Positions 40,033 to 52,119 of a stretch of DNA of 64,000 nucleotides are shown here, in pieces. Both the position numbers and the translations under genes were made by a program. Positions within the stretch are counted from its first letter, which is position 1, and every line of letters begins with the position of its first letter. The notes under the pieces are model-generated. The model did no database searches and was not told the origin of the DNA. It worked only from the letters and a program-made list of their open reading frames with translations. This DNA is from Octopus bimaculoides (lineage: Eukaryota), in the NCBI RefSeq assembly GCF_001194135.2, contig NC_068985.1, positions 33,545,660 through 33,609,659 on the forward strand, written 5' to 3'.

Positions 40033-40729
40033 AGGGAAAGAAAAAAAGGTTGTTTTACATTTCGAGGAAAACTCTTCTTCAGAAACAGGACAGAGGAAAG
40101 TGAGGTAAAAAATTGCCATGAATTGTAAAGTAATAAATAAAAACAGCTCTTGATAAGGTCATACTACTTAAATGTTTGACTGACTGGAAATTTTAATTTT
40201 ATTTATACATTTTTAACAATGCCTTGTGAGTGAATTTGGTGAACAGAAACTGTAAAAAGCTGTTGTATGTGTGTGCGTGCATACATGTCTTTGTGTTTGT
40301 CCCAGCCCAGCTGCTTGAGAACTGGTGGTGGTTTGTGTATGTCTCATTAACTTTGCAGTTTCAGCAAAATGGACCAAATAGAACAAGTATCAGACTTCAA
40401 AAAATAAGTGCCAGGGTTGATTGTTCAACTAAACCCTGCATACCCACAGTACAATAACTGAAACAAACAAAAGATAGAAGATAACAAATTAGTTTAGAAA
40501 TAGGACATATATCTAACTGCATTAATTTAAATTGCTGTTGCCAAAATAAGCAGAGATTGAGGGAATAATTTTAAGATTTCTTATATAGGTTAAATAATCT
40601 CTTAGCCATGTCTTAACTTGGGTTTAGTAACTTCAGATTGAAATCAGTTCTCTTCTCTTGTGTCATTTGTGTAAAGTATGAATGATTCATAGGCCCATTC
40701 ACTTCCATACATATTTTATTTTTATCATC

Positions 40730-40750
40730 ATCATTATCATCATCATCATT

Positions 40751-40782
<32 letters not shown>

Positions 40783-41175
40783 TGTTTAATGTCTGCCTTC
40801 CATGCTGGCATGGGTTCGATGGTTTGACAGGAGCTGGTTATGCAGAAGACTGCACCAGATTTCTGTGTCGGTTTTGGCATGGTTTTTATGGCTGGATGTC
40901 CTTCCTAACACCAACCACTCTGCAGAGTGGGCTGAATGCTTTTTATGGTTTATACAGCTGGATGCCCTTCCAAATGCTAATCACTTTACAGTGTGGACTG
41001 AATGCTTTTTAAGTGGCACCAGCACCAGCAGGGCCACCAAGCAACCCACAAGACAAGGAATCCTTGAGGGGGGAGGGAGCAATGGAAAGGTGATCCTATG
41101 TCAAATGATGAAAGGTTAGTGTGTGACAGAGAGACAAACAGATGTCTTGCTGTAAAGGAGATACATTGGTCATCT
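40730..41175 (-). mobile_element. RTE-derived tail with long (CAT)n and an internal duplication
   Basis: 'ggctggatgtccttcctaacaccaaccact..gaatgctttt' occurs twice (about 40890 and 40955). Confidence 0.7.
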
Positions 41176-41339
41176 TGGGACTGTAGTAGTAAACACTTAC
41201 CCAAGGTGCTGTGCAGTAGGACTTACCCATGACTGTGTAGTTGCAAAGCAGACTTCTTAACAACACAGTCATGGATCAAATCTATGTACCAGATTCAGTT
41301 CCCAGATAACTCACTAGCAAACAAGGGAGCCTCTATGTA

Positions 41340-41835
41340 ATTGCATGACCTGATAGAAATAGCAACCAAATCTCCTTTAAACAAAATCTACTTTCTTAAA
41401 AAAAAAAAGACACATTGAACAATGTAGTCCAATGCAGTGGCTTAGCTAAAAAAAATGTAGGATGGTGACAATCAAAATATAATTATGTTTGCTCGATCAG
41501 AACCAACTTAGCATTAAACAAGGACAATATTGGATAGTTTTTGGTCACATGCTCAAGAGTTAAATATCATCTTACTTTATTTATTCTTGTGTGTCTGTGA
41601 GTTCAGCATCATAACTGATATTTCACAGATCACAATCTACATCTTTTTTTTTTTTTATTACACTTAGGTGCAGGTTTGGCTTGGTAAAAAGCTTGCTTCC
41701 CAACCACATGGTTCCAAGGTTGAATTTCACTTTGTGATATCTTGGGCATTTATCTTCTTACTATAGTCTCAGCTTGACCAAAGCCTTGTGAGTGGATTTG
41801 CTAAGCAGAAACTGAAAGAAGTTTGTTGTGTGCGC

Positions 41836-41881
<46 letters not shown>

Positions 41882-43400
41882 CCTTGTCTTGATATGATGT
41901 AATAGTTGTAAATGATTGTCACTGTCAAAGCAATGTGACTTATTTCCAATATTCTGTGAGAACATGACTGGCCATGACTGACCACATTACTATGTGGTTG
42001 GTAATAGGAAGAACATCCAGCTGCAGAAAATCTGTCTCAAATTGAAACTCCCTCTAACTCATACAAGCGTGGAAAAGTGGACATTAAATGATGACGATGA
42101 TGACATAGGCAGCGGCAGCGACATGTTGTCCTTCATAATTTGTGTGTCTCCTTGCTGAACTTGAAGTAAAATAACAATAACTATTTTAAGTGGAGTAACT
42201 TATTACATAGATGGGAATCTACAGATTTTGGTAGTATAATGCCATTTGGAATAGAAAATATCATTTACCAGGAATATGAGCACCTTCCTTGATCTTATGT
42301 TCTCCACTGACTCACTGTGGATCACTGAACAAATAGTCACTTTAACTGCTAGAAATAGCAGTTAAATTTCACTCAAATTACAGCCAACCATCTCAAACTT
42401 GGAAGGACACATTGAATAATGTAGTTCTAGACATATTATCTGAAAATAAGGTAGAATGCTCATGGTTAGAACACCCTCAGCCATAAGGTTGTTTGATTAG
42501 GACTTATCTGTGGATTAAACCACATCAACAACTAAACTATGTATTTGAATACTCTGTCAGCACGTGACAATTTACACATTCTTTTCCTTAGACTTACACA
42601 TTTATGTAAAAATCATCATTTTAATAGCTTGAAATCCCTGGGGTGTTTGTGTGTAGCATATTAACTGCAAATCTCTAGCACAAGATATAGCACTGCACAT
42701 ATAATGCAGTAGCAGACTGCTGAACATTCAGCTAATTAGAAGACAGCACTATAAAAATCTATTGTGTGTATTTAAAAGCCGTCAAAAGCTATATTAGTAT
42801 TTGGATTAATTTGAAATGCAACACTAATGATTACTTTATATTTGTCCCCAAGCCAAAGAGAGATCATCTATGTGGTTATAAGAGCTGGTAAAAATAACAG
42901 CCAAATTACCCTCAAAACAATTCTTATTTTAATAAAAGCAATGACATATTAAGTTTTATATATATATATATATATATATATACATACACACATATACATA
43001 CATACATACATACATACATCTTGGAGTGAAAATAAGACTGCTTATGTTCATAGACCTGCTTGGTCTGGGCTAATCTGGGTTTAAACAAAATTAGAGATAA
43101 TGTAGCTTCCTGGATCTAACAACTTCATCCTTTCCAATTTTACTTTGAACCAACTAGGACATCATGTGGTCATTCAATCTGCTAGAGGTAGTAATCATAT
43201 TGCCCTCAAATCATGCTTTATCATTAAAAAAAAACATGATTCATTTGATAAGTTGGTCTTGAATACATCATTCATTATTTAATGCCTATTTACATGTTGG
43301 CATGGGTTGGATTTAGTGAAAATAAGATGAGATGGTCATTGCAGGTATGCTTTGATCATAGGTCTGGTTGATCAAGTTCTATCCTCTCGTTTGTTTACAA
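41340..43400 (+). repeat. Cluster of four same-orientation copies of an old repeat ('agaaatagcagccaaat..ctcaaat' family)
   Basis: Copies start near 41350, 42345, 42885 and 43175; further copies at about 18330(-), 26590(+), 31120(-), 35080(-) and 37440(+). Confidence 0.6.
41665..42105 (+). mobile_element. Family A SINE head, (TG)n hinge, RTE-derived tail
   Basis: Head 'taggtgcagg..agcttgcttcccaaccacatgg'; tail 'aggaagaacatccagctgcagaaaa..aaagtggacattaaatgatgacgatg'. Confidence 0.7.
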
Positions 43401-43489
43401 TTTAACATACATGCATCATTTTCTCTCTTTCTTTTTATTCTTATGTCCTTCACTTGTCTTAATGGTTAGCTTTGAATTCCTTCTTCTTT

Positions 43490-44010
43490 ATTGTTATCAT
43501 CATCATCATCGTTGTCATCACCATTCTAATGTGCAGTTTTCCATACTTGCATGGGTCAGACAGAATTCATTTAAGCAGATTTTCTATGGCTAGATGCCCT
43601 TCCTGTTGCTAGCCTTGATTTGTTTTCAAGCAAGATAATATTTCCCAAAGCCAAACATGGTTTCATGGAAGATTGGAAATAGACACCATTTGTATGACAG
43701 CAACACTTGTTTATGACTATGGCATAATGTAAAACAAGAAGACAAATTCACACATACATACCTATGCATACACATATATATTCACACACATATACATGTG
43801 CATGTGTGTGTCTTGTGTATGCATGTATGTATAAATGTATATATGTATATATATATGACAGGTTTCTTTCAGGTTCCACCTGCTATGTCCACTCATAAGG
43901 TTTTAATTAGCATGAGGCTATAGTTGAAGACACTCACCCAAGGTGTCACACAATGGGACTGAACCTGAAACTATGTAGTTGAAAAGTAAATTTCTTAACC
44001 ACACAGGCAT
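43490..44010 (-). mobile_element. Family A SINE head, microsatellite, RTE-derived tail (antisense)
   Basis: (CAT)n plus 'tatggctagatgcccttcc' tail at 43490-43740; head 'gggactgaacc..cttaaccacacag' at 43860-44010. Confidence 0.65.
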
Positions 44011-44271
44011 GTCTGTATCTCAGTATTAATGTATTTTTGGAGTCATTCTTGTCTAGAGAAATTGAGTTTTTACTATGTTGATTAAATTTAATTTTAGCCT
44101 TGTGGTTTTAAAAATATATGGATGGGAATGATGCCAAGAGATATGTGCAGATATAGAAACAATATCAATGAAAAAATACGTATATGTGCTTATCTGTATA
44201 AACTCCATTTGAATGTACATATATGCATCTACACGTATAAACGCACCACTCACTGGTGTATACCTGTTGAT

Positions 44272-44304
<33 letters not shown>

Positions 44305-44934
44305 GTGTGTGTATGTATGTGTGTGTGTGTGTGCATGTAGTTATAGTAATATTTATAGTCTGGGTATTCTATGAAAAGCATTGAACTAAAATCAGTGCTG
44401 CTTATTGACATTCCCTCTCAACAAAATTACTCTTTGGCTTTTCACTTTCAAAAACGAGTGTAATGAAAAAAAAAAAATCCTTTACTTGAAAAATATGGAA
44501 GGGCTAGAAACAGGAAGGACATCAGACTGTAAAACAATTGGCTCAATGTGTATTCATCCAGCTCATGTTAGCATGGAAAAATGAATATAAAATGGAGAAC
44601 AGACAAATGTATGTTTGTGTATGTGTGTGTGTGTGTGTGTTTGTGTGTGTCCGTGTGTGTGTGTATATACATAAAATATCATCATCATCAATATCTAATA
44701 TCCATTTTCTATGCTGGCATAGACAGGAACTGTCTATATCTTGACAAGAACTGGCAGGCCAGGGGCCACACCAGGCTCAATAGTTCTTTTGGCTTGGTTT
44801 CTATGGCTGGATGCCCTCCCTAATACCAACCACTTTACAGTGTACTGGTTGCTTTTTGCATATATGTGTGTGTGTGTGTGTGTTTATTTGTATAAATGTA
44901 TATATGTGTGTAAGTGTATATGTATGTATGTATG

Positions 44935-45170
44935 TCAATGCTGTATATGCCATAAATCTAACGGAGGCCTCAAAAGACATTTTAAGATCCACAAAGATCA
45001 GAACTTAACTGTAGCTCTTGATGGCCCAAATCAGATATGCAATCTATGTAGCTATCTTTTCAAAACATTCTCTGGTTTAAGAGGCCACATCAGATACCAT
45101 TATAGATCTAAGGTGTAAGTACAAGAGGTGGTCAGACTCTGCATAAGGAGTAGACAACCACCATGTATGT
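44935..45170 (+). mobile_element. Fragment encoding one partial and one complete C2H2 zinc finger; probable RTE-type LINE 3' end
   Basis: '..CHKSNGGLKRHFKIH' and 'CNLCSYLFKTFSGLRGHIRYH' (C-x2-C-x12-H-x3-H); stop at 45116-18; short 3' region; (GTAT)n on both sides. Confidence 0.6.
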
Positions 45171-45959
45171 ATCTTTCATCTTTTACTTGTTTCAGTGATT
45201 AGACTATGTTGGGACACAGCCTTGCAAAATGTTACTTGAACAAGTTAATCCAGTACTTGTTATTTTTTTTTAAGACTGGTACTTATTCTATTGGTCTCTC
45301 TGCTGAACTGCTAAGTTACAGGGATGTAAACACTCCAACATAGGTTGCCAAGCAGTTGTGGGGTACAAAAACATGCACAAAGTTCCACACAGTAGGACTA
45401 AACCTTCATCAAAAACCATTGGTATAAAAGTTACTAATGACTTTGCCATGAATTTTATATTAATGATTATAGAGTATAGAATATGCAAGCTTAAGAGCTC
45501 TGTTGATGGTTAAACTCTCTTATGGTGCCTAGAGGAGTACTTAGTAGTGACATTTTATAATCTCTTGGATGGAATTTGTTGTGTGTTGTATAATACACAC
45601 TGTCAGCAGGATGAAAATGTACAGAATTTGCTCTTGGCTTTCATTTTGAAGTTAATGCCAATGTTTCGTTAACGTACTGAAAGTATCATGCTAATTTTTG
45701 TCTAAATTGCCTATCCTACCACACTGTAAGTAAATTAGTAATGTCTCCTTCATTTTGGTACCTGGTGTGAATCATCATGATAATGGTAACACTCTTCCAG
45801 CCTACCATGTGAGCTAACTTTTTCTCAAATACAAATTTAATCTTTATGCTCTCCGATGCAGTTGGCTGTTCACCAATACATCAAGCTGTTCCTGAAAAAA
45901 AAAAGAGACATAAACAGTCATCAAGTTTAGCTGAATATTCTGCATATATATATATATAG

Positions 45960-46150
45960 GTAGGTATGTGTGTGTATGAATATTTATTGATTTTACAAGG
46001 AAAATATTGACAGACTTCAAAGTTTCGACTGGCTTGCCTTCATCAGATTGTATATGCTTGTGTGTGTGTATAAATATACTAGCTGAGGTACCTGGTAATA
46101 CCTGAGAGCAGGGATATTCCCAGTACCCATTACAATGCCTAATTTCTCTC
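45960..46150 (-). mobile_element. Possible Penelope-type 3' terminal relic with degenerate hammerhead core
   Basis: Minus strand 'ctgatga aggcaagccagtc gaaac' (46022-46046), followed by 'aataaa'. Confidence 0.35.
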
Positions 46151-46559
46151 AAATGAAAAATGAAATCAAGACAGGACAGATAATAGAAGGTGTAAGCAAA
46201 TTCATTCATGAAACAATAATACAAATAAATACGTATGGAATTGGAAAATGACAATTGTTTGGTCGGATGAGTGGAAAGCTGCAAATATATAATCAATGGA
46301 AACATCAAGAAGGGAATTGTAAAGGAGTGCTATGAAAAAAAAAGAACATAAAAATTTGAAAAGTAAACAAAAAAATTATTTGGAGAAAAGGCACTTAATT
46401 TGATGACTGTGTTTCATGGGTATAGTTCCACTGATCGTGAGAATCAAATATTGATTGCAATGGTTAGAGTCAACAATCTTAAGTGCAGGTGTTAAGAAAA
46501 TACATGTTACATGTTTTAGCACACAATGCTGCAACATTTAGAATCGATAATCTTAAGTG

Positions 46560-46975
46560 AAGGTGTTAAGAAAATTCATGTTACAGCAACCTGAAAATAC
46601 TGGAATAACTGAACATTTTAACCTCACAACAATTCAGGCCAAATTTCGTTAATCAAAAACCACCTTATGCTTTGCTTGTGTGGCCTAAGTAAAAATTTGT
46701 CTCAACCCATTCTCAGCACATATTCCATCTGTGTATAAAATTTCAAGAAAATCGGTTGAAAACTTTAAAAGTTATGGCAGAAAATTACATTGAAATGTCC
46801 TATTGATTTTTGAAAAATCGATGCTGATTAAAAATCATCGATTTTTTTGAAATTCCAAGTGCAAAAGTGACTGCATGAGCATAAGCCTGACACACGTTTC
46901 AAGTTTCATCAAGATTGATTGGATAGTCTTGAAGGAGTCAAAGTAACAAATTCACAAACTCACACACACACCCAA
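46560..46975 (+). mobile_element. Helentron/DINE-like non-autonomous element relic
   Basis: Two 'aaatttcaagaaaatcgg / aagtttcatcaagattg' motifs and an 'acaaattcacaaactcacacac' end, typical of such elements; internal 11-bp inverted repeat at 46813-46846. Confidence 0.35.
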
Positions 46976-48829
46976 TGGTGGGTAAGCAGTCCTGGCTTTC
47001 TTAAGTAAGTTGAGGCCCACATGAAAATATCCCTTGTCTTAAAAGACTGATATAAGATCCTGAACCTTCTAGAAGAGTTAAGGTTCATGTAGTAACTTAA
47101 TGCAAATCTGAACTCCAAAAGTATTTGCAAGTTAAGAGGGGGTATACTGATAAGTTAAACTTTGTGTATAAGTAGTAGTTTGTATAAATGTAGTTTGATT
47201 GTCAGTATATCTATGGTTATGCATGAAATGCTTGAGAAATAAAATGCACTTACCTATTTAAAACCTGAAACACTGGGGAATTAAATCAATGAATTGAAAT
47301 AATAAGTTTTAGCAAATGAAAACAATTCGTATTGAAATGCAGAATTAGCAAATGCTAATGAGATTACCATTAATAAGATGTCTGTTGAATTTCAGCATTT
47401 TTCGTCAAATTGGAATCTATATAAATGGGTAGGACCAATTTGACAAAAAAATGACCAAAGTCTGGTAGCAAACCCATGTTGTCGTCATTCGTTGTTGTAT
47501 GTGTGTAAAAATTTTTATTTGTCTCAACCCATCCTTAGTGCATAGTCCACTAAGCATTTTGCCTGGCGTGCTAATGTTTCTGCAAGCTTGTCTCCCCCTC
47601 CACTTGTATGTAAAAATATTGTGTATTTAATGTTGAACTATACTGTCTTGATCATCTTTACAACTTTTGCTTCAGTGCACTTCTGAGGTATATGTGTAAA
47701 ACAAAATGCATCTAATAATTGTCATTTGGTCCCAGAGCCCTTATATTCACATCATAAACTACATGAACCATATAACATTGCACCAATAACAACAAAATGT
47801 TGCACATACAAAACTGCAACATCATCAGCAACTTTACATTTATTACTGAAAGCAGATATGTTTATATCCTGACATGATTTCCTATGAATTTGTCATCTTG
47901 TCTCTAGTGAGGATACATTGGAATGTTTTCTCCATTATCTTCTCAAAGTGGGTAGCTTGAAGTTTTGTTAGTGCTGAGAAATACAAGGCCTGACATTCAT
48001 TTTTTTTTTTTTTTCAAGGATGTTGTTATATGAGTGATATAAAATAAGTGAAATTATTAGAAACTACAACCATGGAAACCAGCTTCAGAATTTTCGCTTT
48101 CTGGACAATCATCCCTTATTTTCTATTCTATAACACTATAAGGTTATACCATAAAGTTCAGAACAACATGACAGCTAAAATATATCAGTTGAAAATAGTG
48201 CTAAATTATAAAAAATATTTACTAGATCATTTTTACTATATTCCTAAATAAAAATAACTCTTTTCTATTCCTTGCTGCAATGACAATATATGTCACCAGC
48301 TGTTGTGTCTTCATCAATGTAACACCACTACCACCAGCAGCAACAACAACAACCATTATCATTTTTCTCTTATTACTATTGATATTGGTTCTTCTTACCA
48401 ATATGAATTCACTCACTCACTCTTTCTTGCTTTTTCTCTCTCATCTTTTCTTTTCTTTGAGTTGTTGCCTGCTAATAAACCAATGTTGTGGGTGTTATTT
48501 GCTGTTCTATGTCACAGCTGTTCAATGATATTATTTCTATCCCCATCCACTCTCTCACTAGACTTGTTTGTCTTGCATATCTCATTCCATTTCATTCATA
48601 TTCTTCATAAACACTTAAAAGAACAAAGACATATTTTTTTGTAAACATAGTAACACACATCTATTATGAAGTGTTTTTTTTTTATTACTCATTATGTTTC
48701 ATTAAAGAGTACATCATGCTGTACACATTCCTGTTTCACATGTTTTTATACACATGAGTATTTGTATTAATCAATACTAATAGGTATGTATGGTGTGTGA
48801 GTTATGCTGTATGCATAGCAACAAGCCTG

Positions 48830-49455
48830 TAGCTGGAAGATAACATGTCCAGACATCTAGCAGATCCACACCTATGCAAAGGTATGGTTGTGTACCTGAC
48901 TAGCCTAAATCAGAAACCATTATTTCTAACAGATCTATTAACCATGTAGTGATTTCTTTGTTGGCTTACTATAATATTTGAACCAGCAGTGATACTTTGC
49001 TTCTTATACACAATCAGATGTATTGAGCTAGGCACCTTACTAGGATGCAGGGTAGCTGGTTGCCTAAGCAGTTGTTTTATGGGGAGTCGCAACATGGTAA
49101 AAGTCAGACATGAACCTAAGAAACGTTTTAGGGATGCTGACAAAAGTAACCTTAAGGCTCTCTGTGTGGATGTTGAAGATTGGGAGTAGATGACAGAAAA
49201 ATCAATCAGTTTGAAAAGAAGTGGTCTACAATGGTTGTTAAACATTTCAAAATGCAGAGAATCAAATGCTCCATCCTGAAATGAACACTTTGTAGACAGG
49301 ACTTCACTTCAATCCCAGACACTTTTCTACCTGAAAATGTTTGTAAAATCTGAAGTTGGGTCTATTTCTCCAGAGCTGGGCTTGCTAACCATTTGTGACC
49401 TCATGACAGCATTTACTAATTGAAGAGATGGCCTTCTTTCATAGATGGCAATCAT
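48830..49455 (+). mobile_element. Eroded RTE (BovB-like) LINE 3' fragment
   Basis: 'PKQLFYGE..GK..PKKRFRDADKSNLKALCVDVEDWE' and a terminal 'CK..SRAGLANH' Zn-finger-like motif. Confidence 0.7.
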
Positions 49456-50481
49456 CATGTGTGTCTGTGTGTGTGTGAATTATTGAGTGTATTCTGTTAC
49501 ATTACTTGGCATTCTGATTTCAAATCCTATTGAAGATGCCTTTGCTTCCATCCTTCTAGGATCAGTGAAATAAGTAGAGGTCATAGAACTGGAATTTGGT
49601 ATAATTAACTATGCTGTGTCACCTAAAATGTGTGGTTCTATTGCCTGAGTTAGGAACCATTTCTATTAAATTTAGTCAATATTGAATCAGATTTTTCAAA
49701 ATAACATATTTTAACCTATTTCACTTTAAAAACTAATTTGTCTTTGAAAATATGGCTGGACTTTCAAATAGTGGTTACTTTCTTAGAAACAAGAACGTGT
49801 TTTGCCAGGGAGAAAAACGACAAACTGAATTCAGCCATGTATATTACTATTATGAAGTTTATTGAACCCTGAACACATGAAAGACAATTAAAGCCTCAAT
49901 ATGATTTGAAATCTGGTTAGTGTGACCCATGACACAATACAGCAAAGCATCTAGGCCTGTACTCTTGTATGTAACTACATCTCCTGCCCTTTCAAATTTA
50001 ATATTAATACCCTTTCAATCAATTCTTCCAGTTAAGTCTAGGCACTTTACTAAGTGAACTCTCAACATACTAAATATAGTAAATAGATTGAAAATTAATA
50101 GATTTACTACATGCATCTATGTTATATGTATGTGTATTGCAAGTTTTCTTAAATCTCTGTAATTGTACTTTCTTTCACCGCAATCTTCTTAAGCTGATCT
50201 CTGCCATAAATCCATGGAAACGTTGTACGCCATTGCAATTACAACAATTAGTTTCAGGAATATACAATACTGCATTTAAGTTTGCTCCTGCTCAGCATAA
50301 GATCAACTAACCCTAATCCAAAGCTGTTAACAAGTTCTATCCATTACATTTCTATATCAAGGTGTGAATTTGTTTTTCTTTTGCTTCTTTCTTTTAATCT
50401 TTTTTTTTTTTCCAGTTATAGTCTTATAAGTTATCCTCTTGAAATCTGACCTACTACTTCGTTTTTTTTTCTTTTTGTTTC

Positions 50482-50506
50482 NNNNNNNNNNNNNNNNNNN
50501 NNNNNN
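50482..50506. other. Assembly gap (N run)
   Basis: 25 N. Confidence 1.
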
Positions 50507-50915
50507 TTTCCCCCCCCCCCCCGTTTTTATTAAATTTCAGCCTTTTACATGCGAAAAAAGAATTGAAAGTTAAAATAATTGAATGAATTGAAGGAACCAT
50601 TGTTTAACATCCTTCTTCTGCTTTCTTGTACCAACTCATTAGAATTAGTTATTTTTCAGCAATTAATGTACTTCAGTTAAGAGCATTATAATTGAGGTGA
50701 ATTGTTATCGTGTTCACTTTAAAAGGCAAAATTTTGAACTTAGAAAGGCACTACCAAAGTACAGTGAGCAATATCCTTGTTGTATCCTGGGAGGTATAAT
50801 AGTTATACACTTTTCATTCACTCTCTGCTTCTCCTTCTCTTCATAAAACTGTTCATCATATTGAACAGTTTTATCCTCTGTATGCATTTTTACCACTATA
50901 TAAGCATTATACGTC

Positions 50916-51269
50916 ATTGGCACACAAAGCAGTGTTTTGAAATAAACAAAATTTTAGATCAGTTCAAATATGTTTGGGACATTTAACTTGTAAAAAGGCT
51001 GTGGTTTGCTATGGAGAAAAATCCTCACTTCAGGCAAAAGGTGCAAAACACCAAAGTCATTTCAGAGCACCTCCTATGGACTACTGTATGCATTTCAAGC
51101 TCTTCGTGCTCTCACCAAGCAGAACAATCCCAAAATAACTGGAAGCTTTCCCTTCCTTATAAGAAATCAGTAGAAATCACTCAGTAACTGAGAGCTGTGG
51201 CTACCACGCTGGATCAAAATTCATGATTGGCACACAAAGCAGTGTTATGAAATAAACAAACTTTTAGAT
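50916..51269. repeat. 44-bp direct repeats flanking a 266-bp segment
   Basis: attggcacacaaagcagtgtt(t/a)tgaaataaacaaa(a/c)ttttagat at 50916-50959 and 51226-51269; 2 mismatches. Confidence 0.9.
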
Positions 51270-51889
51270 GGTAGGGTGTGATATGAAGGATATATGGCTG
51301 CTGTTTCTACCAGGTTGAATGACCACATATTTTTCTGCAGGTATGATAATGTGTTTAGTAAAAGAGCAATGAGCAGTAATGTCAAGATACCAATTTAAGT
51401 GATCTGTGTGTGTTGAAATTTATTTAAATTTAGTTGGCTTCTCACAAAGTAACAAATATTCATGTTTCAACCAAGACATTCTTAGGCATATTTGTATATC
51501 TTAGTACATGTGTATATGTGTATATGTAAGCTTGCACCCTTGTAATTTGTAAAACACTTGAATTCTGAAGTAATCACAAACAACTACTTTTCAATGGTGC
51601 ATCCTCATATTTACTAACTTGTATTTGTAAAATAAACACTTTGTCAAATATTTTGCTTGGAAGTCTTGACTTGCAAATATAATTAATAGCAAGTTATACA
51701 TTGTCTGTTTTATGATGTACAACCATTTTACAATATATTCTTCACAAAGAGTGTGCTAACACTGCCAGACAGGACAAACTGGTATGCTGGAAGAAAAAGT
51801 TAGAAAGTCCCAGTTCTAGTGTATGAGTATGAACATGTGTATGTATGCATCTATGCATATAAAAAGTGTGTGTGTGTGTGTGTGTGTTC

Positions 51890-52050
51890 AGGCATGGCTG
51901 TGTGGTTAAGAAGATTGCTTTGCAATCATATGGTTTTAGGTTCCATCCCACTGTATGGCACTTTGGGCAAGTGTCTTCTCATATAACCTTGGTCAACCAA
52001 TGCCTGGTAAGTGAAATTTGGTTGGTGGAAGCTCTATGACAACGCACGCA
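51890..52050 (+). mobile_element. Family A SINE head
   Basis: 'caggcatggctgtgtggttaagaag..ggcactttgggcaagtgtcttc'. Confidence 0.7.
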
Positions 52051-52085
52051 TGTGTGTGTATGTACGTGTGTTTGTGTGTATGTAC

Positions 52086-52119
<34 letters not shown>

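Noticed and set aside
51325-51346. Another AG|GT site, ttttctgcag|gtatga
   Set aside because: Short pyrimidine tract, weaker donor, and directly adjacent to an old repeat relic; not distinguishable from chance.
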